Of a stretch of DNA of 5,287 nt, positions 1 through 5,287 are shown one piece after another. The notes beneath the pieces are model-generated. The model was not told where the DNA came from, searched no databases, and was given only the letters and a program-made list of their open reading frames with translations. Every line of letters starts with the position of its first letter. The first letter of the stretch is position 1. The DNA lies in the IMG/VR virus record IMGVR_UViG_2693429774_000006; one strand, 5' to 3'. The translations under genes and the position numbers were made by a program. The DNA is from a virus. Its lineage: Duplodnaviria; Heunggongvirae; Uroviricota; Caudoviricetes.

Positions 1-43
1 AACTCCGCAATGTGATTAAGTCCATTCAGGCGTTCACCGGGGC

Positions 44-244
44 TTAATGGAACAGTCGCCGCAGTGCCTTCAATAGCCATTTGTTCCCCCGTTTTTTCGT
101 AGATAGTTCTGCCAGCAATTCATCTTGTGAACGGCACGGATGCCAGCGTTTACCATCCTCCCCCATGATCCAGCCGTGACCGTAATGCATTGCCGGGCTT
201 TGTTTAACCAGCAGCGATGCAAATGATGGTTCTTTCGTCAGCAT
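44..244 (-). CDS. Small hypothetical phage early protein, immediately downstream of the cII-like gene on the minus strand
   Basis: ORF in the supplied track (44..274). I prefer the internal ATG at 244 because it is preceded by GAGGTG about 4 nt upstream, whereas 274 is a GTG start overlapping the cII-like gene by 23 nt. Same strand and position as the early-operon genes that follow cII in 186-type phages. No recognisable domain; product unknown. Confidence 0.45.
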   Translation of the reverse strand: MLTKEPSFASLLVKQSPAMHYGHGWIMGEDGKRWHPCRSQDELLAELSTKKRGNKWLLKALRRLFH

Positions 245-251
245 AAGCACC

Positions 252-761
252 TCACAGCAAACCAAATGAAGCACCGAGGCCAGTCACGGTATCAACTGCA
301 CTCGCCATCGCAGGATTAGCCTGTAAACGGGCCTGCAATGAAACAGCCGCCAGCGCCATCAGTCGTGTTACAGAATTAATGCTGCTGATAGCATCACGAC
401 GACCGGCACAGGTTTTTACATCGCCAGACACCGCACCTGCAGCAACACGCCCGATCTCTGCGGTTGCACTCATGACGTAATGTGGCAGTTTCTCTTTTGC
501 CACCTCATTAATCGGAACACATGGCAGACAATGAATCTGTGCCAGAAAACCGTCTACCAACGTTGAATCTTCAGTCAGATCGGTAAGCAACCAGATTTCT
601 GGTGCGGTGAGCTGATGCGGTTGATCTGGATTGAGTTTGTTTCGCAGTGTCTGAACATTCATTCCTGCACGTTCTGCCAGCTTTGCCATATTGTGACGTA
701 GTGCAAAAGCTCTACAGGCTTCATCAAAATGCGGATGTTTGGAAATCTTGTAATCAAACAT
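252..761 (-). CDS. cII: Phage CII-like transcriptional regulator (186 CII / CP76-type)
   Basis: 169-aa ORF with start preceded by AGGGGG about 6 nt upstream. Length matches 186 CII as I recall it (169 aa), and it sits immediately downstream of the Cox/Apl-like gene in a 186-type early operon. Family assignment is from memory, not a search. Confidence 0.75.
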   Translation of the reverse strand: MFDYKISKHPHFDEACRAFALRHNMAKLAERAGMNVQTLRNKLNPDQPHQLTAPEIWLLTDLTEDSTLVDGFLAQIHCLPCVPINEVAKEKLPHYVMSATAEIGRVAAGAVSGDVKTCAGRRDAISSINSVTRLMALAAVSLQARLQANPAMASAVDTVTGLGASFGLL

Positions 762-793
762 GCTGCCCCCTTAGAAAGTTCTCATAATTGAAC

Positions 794-1042
794 TTAGTCA
801 CCAACGATGACATTAAAGTTGAAATTGGATTGGCCCATGTTTTTCCTGACTTGTTCCTTTTTGTACTCAAGGTAACGTATACATACTCTGTCTTTCGATT
901 TTTCTTTTCTTTCCAAGAATTTAGCGAGTTTACCATTATGAATCATTTGATATACCGAACCGCGAGAGCGGCCTTCCCATTCCGCGAACTCAGCTGGTGT
1001 CGCCATCACTTTTGGTACACGAATTGAAATGTCGTTGCTCAT
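794..1042 (-). CDS. Cox/Apl-like excisionase and early-promoter regulator (small HTH protein)
   Basis: 82-aa ORF. The segment VMATPAEFAEWEGRSRGSVYQMIHNGKLA resembles the P2 Cox N-terminal HTH region as I remember it (…AIPYQEFAKLIGKSTGAVRRMIDKGKLP…). It is divergently transcribed from the CI-like repressor and is the first gene of the rightward-type operon, as apl is in 186 and cox in P2. Confidence 0.7.
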   Translation of the reverse strand: MSNDISIRVPKVMATPAEFAEWEGRSRGSVYQMIHNGKLAKFLERKEKSKDRVCIRYLEYKKEQVRKNMGQSNFNFNVIVGD

Positions 1043-1161
1043 AGTGCAGTATCTCTCGATTAAGGTTTGGTTTACGTCGTTTTATCTTGTTTTATTTGAT
1101 TCAATATTTGATACACCAAGATACTACGATCCAATATTTGATACGTCAACAGGATTAAAAA
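1043..1161. promoter_or_regulatory. Divergent lysis/lysogeny switch region (pR/pL-type promoters and operators) between the Cox/Apl-like and CI-like genes
   Basis: 119-bp AT-rich intergenic region between divergent genes. It contains the 13-bp direct repeat CAATATTTGATAC at 1102..1114 and 1132..1144, and ATTTGAT also at 1094..1100. AGGA lies about 7 nt upstream of the cI ATG. Exact -35/-10 elements could not be assigned confidently by eye. Confidence 0.5.
1102..1144. repeat. Two copies of the 13-bp direct repeat CAATATTTGATAC, 30 bp centre to centre, in the switch region; candidate operator sites
   Basis: Exact match seen directly in the sequence at 1102..1114 and 1132..1144. Confidence 0.6.
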
Positions 1162-1794
1162 ATGATACAAGTAAAAGCTGGCGAGAATACAGGGGGAAGA
1201 GAGGCTATCCATAGGCTAATGGCAGCCTATGATTTCAAGTCCAGACAGCAACTTTGCGATCACTTGGGCGCATCAAAAAGCACTATGGCAAACAGATACT
1301 TAAGAGATAGTTTTCCTGCAGAATGGGTGATTCAGTGCGCTTTGGAAACAGGAGTTTCTTTACTGTGGCTAACTACCGGACAGGGCGATCCAGGTTCAAA
1401 CATTGACCCTAAAAAAAATATCAATTCCGTGAACTCTAGCAAAGTTAAACCTCTTTCGGAGCTTGTATCTCCTGAAATTGACAAGGCAACTCTCAACGGA
1501 GGTTTGCTGATCGATGCTGGAAAAGCAATCATTGATAGCAGCATACTCCCCTCAGACTCAAGCAACCTGCTGCTGGTGACTACTTCTGGTGATTCTTATT
1601 TAATAGATCGCAACCAAACACCACCAGTAAATGGTACGTGGTTAGTGGACATCGACGGGATAAAAAGCATTGTAAAATTGACACGACTCCCGGGAAACAG
1701 ATTAGTAGTGCATCAGGATGATTCATCGTTTGAGTGCGAACTGGATGACATTGAGGTAATAGGCCGCGCACTGAAAATCATTAAGAGCCTTTGA
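1162..1794 (+). CDS. cI: CI-type prophage repressor (186 CI-like N-terminal HTH domain, with an S24/LexA-like signature in the C-terminal part)
   Basis: 210-aa ORF. The N-terminal segment …RYLRDSFPAEWVIQCALETGVSLLWLTTGQG resembles the 186 CI HTH domain as I recall it. The C-terminal part contains GDSY (Ser145) and VKLTRLPGN (Lys172), resembling the Ser/Lys motifs of LexA and UmuD. Its stop TGA (1792..1794) lies 1 nt before the integrase ATG. Confidence 0.85.
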   Translation: MIQVKAGENTGGREAIHRLMAAYDFKSRQQLCDHLGASKSTMANRYLRDSFPAEWVIQCALETGVSLLWLTTGQGDPGSNIDPKKNINSVNSSKVKPLSELVSPEIDKATLNGGLLIDAGKAIIDSSILPSDSSNLLLVTTSGDSYLIDRNQTPPVNGTWLVDIDGIKSIVKLTRLPGNRLVVHQDDSSFECELDDIEVIGRALKIIKSL

Positions 1795-1795
1795 T

Positions 1796-2809
1796 ATGAC
1801 CATCAGAAAACAGCCGAACGGAAAGTGGTTATGTGAATGCTACCCAAACGGGCGAGATGGCAAACGCGTACGCAAACAATTTGCGACGAAAGGCGAAGCC
1901 ATTGCGTTTGAGAATTTCACCATGGACGAGGTAAACAAGAAACCTTGGCTGGGAGAAAAGGAAGATCGGCGACACCTATCAGAATTAATTGAGCTGTGGT
2001 ATTCCCTGTATGGTCAAACACTCGCAGACCCCAAGCGACTCATGGCGAAACTTGGAATTATCTGTAATGGTCTGGGCGATCCCATCGCTTCAGAGCTGAC
2101 TGCCGGTGACTTTACGAAATACCGCGAAGCACGGCTAAAAGGTGAAGTGCGAAATGAAGATGGCACGCTGATGTCGCCCGTTAAGCCCCGCACGGTAAAC
2201 CTTGAACAGCGCAATCTATCATCTGTGTTCGGTACATTAAAAAAACTAGGACACTGGTCAGCACCAAACCCGCTGGCAGGACTTCCGACCTTCAAAATTG
2301 CCGAAGGTGAGCTGGCTTTTCTTTCCACGGACGAAATCAAGCGCCTGTTGGCGGCATGTGCTGAATCTCAAAGCCCTAGCTTACTAATGATTGCAAAAAT
2401 ATGTCTGGCTACTGGCGCACGGTGGAGTGAAGCCGAAAATCTGCAGGGCCATCAAATATCGAAATACCGAATTACTTATACAAAAACAAAAGGCAAGAAA
2501 AACCGTACTGTGCCGATATCTCAGGATCTGTATGATGAACTCCCCAAAAACAGAGGAAAGTTATTCACGCCATGCAGAAAAGCCTTTGAGCGGGCAGTAA
2601 AGCGGGCCGGTATTGACCTACCGGAGGGCCAATGCACCCACGTGCTTCGCCATACATTCGCCAGTCACTTTATGATGAACGGCGGAAACATACTGGTACT
2701 GCGTGATATTTTGGGTCATGCCGATATAAAAATGACCATGATTTACGCCCACTTTTCGCCCGATCACCTTGAAGACGCGGTGACTAAAAATCCTCTTTAT
2801 AATTTGTAG
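1796..2809 (+). CDS. int: P2/186-family tyrosine integrase (site-specific recombinase)
   Basis: 337-aa ORF, the same length as P2 Int as I recall it. N-terminus MTIRKQPNGKWLCECYPNGRDGKRVRKQFATKGEAIAFE parallels P2 Int MAIKKLDDGRYEVDIRPTGRNGKRIRRKFDKKSEAVAFE. C-terminal catalytic signature is present: ATGARWSEA, HVLRHTFASHF (HxxR) and MIYAHF (Tyr nucleophile). Tightly coupled downstream of cI. Confidence 0.92.
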   Translation: MTIRKQPNGKWLCECYPNGRDGKRVRKQFATKGEAIAFENFTMDEVNKKPWLGEKEDRRHLSELIELWYSLYGQTLADPKRLMAKLGIICNGLGDPIASELTAGDFTKYREARLKGEVRNEDGTLMSPVKPRTVNLEQRNLSSVFGTLKKLGHWSAPNPLAGLPTFKIAEGELAFLSTDEIKRLLAACAESQSPSLLMIAKICLATGARWSEAENLQGHQISKYRITYTKTKGKKNRTVPISQDLYDELPKNRGKLFTPCRKAFERAVKRAGIDLPEGQCTHVLRHTFASHFMMNGGNILVLRDILGHADIKMTMIYAHFSPDHLEDAVTKNPLYNL

Positions 2810-2821
2810 TGGAGACCTATT

Positions 2822-4342
2822 GTGATTCAAAAATTAGATATTCAATCTGATGCGGTTGCAAAGTTAAGAATGGATGCTATTCGTTCAGAAATCCAAGGTT
2901 ATTCCCCTGATTTATTTATCGAATTCTGTATGCAATATAACTTACAAAAATTTGAAGATAATATCCACATGTTACGACACATGCCTTGGATTGTTAATTT
3001 ATGTCTAAAGTGGTCTGCGTCAGTAACTGGCAAGAATAAAAAATTCAAAATCCTCGATAAAAATCAAGCAATAAAACTCTTCCAAAAAACTTATGAAACC
3101 TTGAACATTATTCCTATCGGTCTTGAGAGGAAGAATGGCATGCATTTCTTCATTAGAAATAATCTATACCAACAAGGAATCTACCAGAAAATTGACGCTC
3201 TAAACACAATTAGCAGACAAGTCTTTCTATTTTCAGAACTTGAAAAAAACCATAAAATAAAGAAAAGTTTTTTTACTATCACGAATGTATCTATCGAAGA
3301 CTTTCTTAAGCTATCTTACATATTAATAACTCACATAACAGAAGAGCATCCCGTGAGAAAAATGAATGTAGATACATTTACTATATTATTTGACATCATT
3401 CCTAGAAATACCATTGAGAAATTTCTTGATGCAATATCAATAAATTACAATGAACTATCTACATTTTGCAAATCAAAAACCTATGATAAACCTTTGCTTG
3501 AATACTACTCATCATCACCTTTTCTTGAAAAACCATTAATAAAAAAAGGTTCAGAGTATTTTCAGATACACACACAACTGACTTCAACAAGCATACAGAC
3601 GTTCATATATGATCTTTTAAGAAGAACTGATGCCGAGAAGTTCATGGATAGCTTTGGAAATGTATTTGAAAATGCACTGGAATTAATACTAAAAGAAAGC
3701 GAAATTGATTTTCATAACGAAAAATACCTTAAAGAACGACTACCTAAAGATAATAAAGTAGTTGATTATTTCATTCCACATACTGAGGCAAATATTTTCA
3801 TTGATGCTAAAGGCGTTGAGATACACCAAAAAGGCATGGTAACATTACGCCCTGAGGATATTGCAGGAAAAATAAAGAAATCGGTATTAAAAGCAATCGA
3901 ACAATCTCACGAAGTTAATCGAGAAATATACTCTAATGAGCGAATAATAGCTCCATTCAGGGCTAACTCATATATCATTTGCATTACATATAAAAACCTT
4001 TTCTTAGGCAATGGTAGTATCCTAGCTAATACTTATGCTAAAGATGAGATGAATAAGATATATGACAAGTTTAAACATAACTATCATATCCCTACAGAGA
4101 ATATTTTTTGTCTATCATTTGAAGAGTTTGAATATCTCATTGCATCATGCAAAAGGTTTAAAATTCCGCCTCATGAAGTCTTGCAATCTGCAGTTGAAAA
4201 GAACAAAAAACCATCAAGTGCTGCTTTCCTATTTTCCCACCATATAGAGGACTATTTTGATAGAGTAGTCAATTCAGTCATAGTCAATGAGGCAGGCATT
4301 AAAATGGTAGATTCTATTATCAATAAATTAAAGCCTGAATAA
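2822..4342 (+). CDS. Large hypothetical cargo protein (506 aa) between the integrase and the attachment site; candidate defence or lysogenic-conversion protein with a putative PD-(D/E)xK-like nuclease motif
   Basis: Uninterrupted 1521-nt ORF with GTG start at 2822 and GGAG at 2811..2814; it begins 12 nt after the integrase stop. Strongly AT-rich: hand counts of sampled 60-nt lines give about 23-35% G+C, against about 62% in a sampled integrase line. The AT richness makes long chance ORFs unlikely, since random AT-rich sequence is stop-codon-rich. Motif E283 (FENALELIL), D315 (VVDYFIP) and D328-A-K330 (IFIDAKG) has PD-(D/E)xK-like spacing. No Walker A motif and no family I recognise. Confidence 0.85.
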   Translation: MIQKLDIQSDAVAKLRMDAIRSEIQGYSPDLFIEFCMQYNLQKFEDNIHMLRHMPWIVNLCLKWSASVTGKNKKFKILDKNQAIKLFQKTYETLNIIPIGLERKNGMHFFIRNNLYQQGIYQKIDALNTISRQVFLFSELEKNHKIKKSFFTITNVSIEDFLKLSYILITHITEEHPVRKMNVDTFTILFDIIPRNTIEKFLDAISINYNELSTFCKSKTYDKPLLEYYSSSPFLEKPLIKKGSEYFQIHTQLTSTSIQTFIYDLLRRTDAEKFMDSFGNVFENALELILKESEIDFHNEKYLKERLPKDNKVVDYFIPHTEANIFIDAKGVEIHQKGMVTLRPEDIAGKIKKSVLKAIEQSHEVNREIYSNERIIAPFRANSYIICITYKNLFLGNGSILANTYAKDEMNKIYDKFKHNYHIPTENIFCLSFEEFEYLIASCKRFKIPPHEVLQSAVEKNKKPSSAAFLFSHHIEDYFDRVVNSVIVNEAGIKMVDSIINKLKPE

Positions 4343-4474
4343 GTCTCCCAAGCAAAACCAGTGGCGGCATTTTGGCGGCAGAGCATTAAAAATGCGTAAA
4401 ACAGACAAACACAAAATAATACTAACACACTGATTTTAAACATAAGTTCATGTTTTTGTTATAGTAAAAATGGT

Positions 4475-4519
4475 ATGTAGGAATTTCGGACGCGGGTTCA
4501 ACTCCCGCCAGCTCCACCA
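4475..4519 (+). other. Partial copy of the 3-prime end of tmRNA (ssrA), about 45 nt ending in CCA; att core repeat at the prophage/island junction
   Basis: ATGTAGGAATTTCGGACGCGGGTTCAACTCCCGCCAGCTCCACCA matches the 3-prime terminus (T-arm and acceptor stem) of enterobacterial ssrA as I recall it. Sequence upstream of 4475 has no resemblance to the 5-prime part of ssrA, so this is a fragment, not a full gene. Confidence 0.8.
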
Positions 4520-4554
4520 ATTTTTGATATATTGAAGTTCAGTGAAGTCTATCA

Positions 4555-4587
4555 AGCCCGCATGGAACCAGCCTTGCGGGCTTTTTT
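4555..4587 (+). terminator. Rho-independent terminator-like hairpin with T-run, downstream of the ssrA 3-prime fragment
   Basis: AGCCCGCA (4555..4562) pairs perfectly with TGCGGGCT (4575..4582) across a 12-nt loop, followed by TTTTTT (4582..4587). Confidence 0.6.
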
Positions 4588-4641
4588 ACGTCTATAGTAG
4601 TCTACCGAGAATTGCTAGAATCTACTCGTTATGGCACCCTT

Positions 4642-4688
4642 TTTGGGACCCAACACAAAGGGTCCAAAACATGAGGGTCCCAAACATG
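4642..4688. repeat. 10-bp perfect inverted repeat (TTTGGGACCC at 4642..4651 and GGGTCCCAAA at 4675..4684) plus a 15-bp tandem imperfect repeat (4659..4673 and 4674..4688) overlapping the P4-type integrase start
   Basis: Seen directly in the sequence. The tandem units AGGGTCCAAAACATG and AGGGTCCCAAACATG differ at one position and each ends in an in-frame ATG. Confidence 0.6.
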
Positions 4689-5258
4689 GCAAAAATCGCT
4701 AAGAAGCTCACTGACACTGAAATCAAAAGCACCAAACCTGCCGAGAAAGAGGTTAACCTTTTTGACGGCGATGGTTTGCTCCTGCGAATCGCCCCCTTAG
4801 CGAAGGGAGGAAAGAAAAATTGGTATTTCAGATATGCAGTGCCTGTGACCAAAAAGCGAACTAAGGTGAGCTTAGGAACCTATCCTCACCTTACACTTGC
4901 GAAGGCACGAGCTTTACGTGATGAGTACTTGTCGTTGCTTGCAAATGGTATAGACCCACAAGTTCATAACACCCACAAAGCCAATGCCCTTAAGGATGCA
5001 ACGGAACATACATTTCAAGCAGTAGCCAAGAAGTGGCTTGATGAGAAAGTCAAAACGTCAGGCATCTCCCAGGATCATGCTAACGACATCTGGCGAAGCC
5101 TAGAGAGAAATATCTTTCCAACGTTGGGTGATACCCCCATTAAGGAGATTCGCCCTAAAATGCTTAAACAGCATTTAGACCCCATAGAAAAACGAGGTGT
5201 CCTTGAAACACTTCGCCGCGTCATTGATCCTACCCACGTAATATGGACACAGGCCTAA
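4686..5258 (+). CDS. P4-type (CP4-57 IntA-like) integrase, N-terminal arm-type DNA-binding and SAM-like region only; apparently truncated
   Basis: Translation from the ATG at 4686 (MAKIAKKLTDTEIKSTKPAEKEVNLFDGDGLLLRIAP…WYFRYAVPVTKKRTKVSLGTYP…DIWRSLERNIFP…) matches the conserved N-terminal pattern of P4-family integrases as I recall them. Start is preceded by GAGGG; an alternative in-frame ATG lies at 4671. The frame ends at a stop at 5256..5258 after about 190 codons, and the other two forward frames also hit stops nearby. The longer 4542 start in the track runs across the terminator and is rejected. Confidence 0.7.
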   Translation: MAKIAKKLTDTEIKSTKPAEKEVNLFDGDGLLLRIAPLAKGGKKNWYFRYAVPVTKKRTKVSLGTYPHLTLAKARALRDEYLSLLANGIDPQVHNTHKANALKDATEHTFQAVAKKWLDEKVKTSGISQDHANDIWRSLERNIFPTLGDTPIKEIRPKMLKQHLDPIEKRGVLETLRRVIDPTHVIWTQA

Positions 5259-5287
5259 GCGAGGTTCTTGTTTTCAAATTGTTCCGG

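Noticed and set aside
1-43. Possible start of a further minus-strand early gene running off the left edge (cat at 23..25)
   Set aside because: Too little sequence in the window to evaluate; not reported as a feature.
754-1027. ORFs 754..936 (minus, 60 aa) and 788..1027 (plus, 79 aa) from the track
   Set aside because: Both lie in alternative frames or on the opposite strand across the Cox/Apl-like gene, which has a recognisable HTH; likely spurious.
1029-1214. ORF 1029..1214 (plus, 61 aa) spanning the switch region and the start of cI
   Set aside because: Runs through the AT-rich intergenic operator region and overlaps the cI start in another frame; no ribosome-binding site; likely spurious.
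1332-1771. Minus-strand ORFs 1332..1565 and 1580..1771 inside the CI repressor gene
   Set aside because: Antisense to a well-supported CDS with no independent support.
2014-2830. ORFs 2014..2340 (minus), 2391..2600 (plus) and 2618..2830 (minus) within the integrase gene
   Set aside because: Embedded in or antisense to the integrase CDS, which has a clear catalytic signature; typical shadow ORFs.
3017-3040. Possible Walker A (P-loop) motif at SASVTGKNKK in the cargo protein
   Set aside because: Spacing does not fit [AG]xxxxGK[ST] (only three residues between A and G, and K is followed by N), so there is no support for an ATPase.
4062-4443. ORFs 4062..4247 (plus, 61 aa) and 4252..4443 (minus, 63 aa)
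   Set aside because: The first is an alternative frame inside the 506-aa ORF; the second is antisense across its 3-prime end and the attP arm with no ribosome-binding site; likely spurious.
4343-4519. A complete tmRNA (ssrA) gene
   Set aside because: Only the last 45 nt or so match ssrA; the upstream sequence has no resemblance to the 5-prime acceptor or tag-encoding regions, so this is a fragment serving as the att core, not a functional gene.
4542-4685. N-terminal extension of the integrase ORF to the ATG at 4542
   Set aside because: The extension would be translated through the terminator hairpin and has no integrase-like sequence; the conserved N-terminus begins at MAKIAKKLTDTEIK (ATG 4686), which has a GAGGG upstream.
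4622-4852. Minus-strand ORF 4622..4852 (76 aa)
   Set aside because: Antisense to the conserved N-terminal region of the P4-type integrase; likely spurious.
1-5287. CRISPR arrays, IS elements or rRNA/tRNA genes
   Set aside because: No regularly spaced repeat-spacer structure, no terminal inverted repeats flanking a transposase-like ORF, and no full tRNA or rRNA sequence recognised; the only RNA-gene-like sequence is the ssrA fragment.

Overview
This window is the integrase-proximal end of a 186/P2-family temperate prophage, the attachment-site junction, and the start of a second, P4-type integrative element. Reading left to right: a small early ORF, a CII-like regulator and a Cox/Apl-like excisionase-regulator on the minus strand; a divergent switch region with direct repeats; then a CI-type repressor and a P2-family tyrosine integrase on the plus strand with coupled stop/start. 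Directly after the integrase, in the same operon, sits a 506-codon, markedly AT-rich ORF with no family I can recognise and a plausible PD-(D/E)xK nuclease signature; this is the best candidate for an undescribed prophage-borne system, most plausibly an anti-phage defence gene expressed in lysogens. Downstream are a 45-nt copy of the 3-prime end of tmRNA (ssrA), which I read as the att core repeat, a rho-independent terminator, and the first ~190 codons of a P4-type (CP4-57 IntA-like) integrase that ends at a stop codon far short of the usual length. All homology statements are from reading the translations and from memory of reference proteins; no database search was run.
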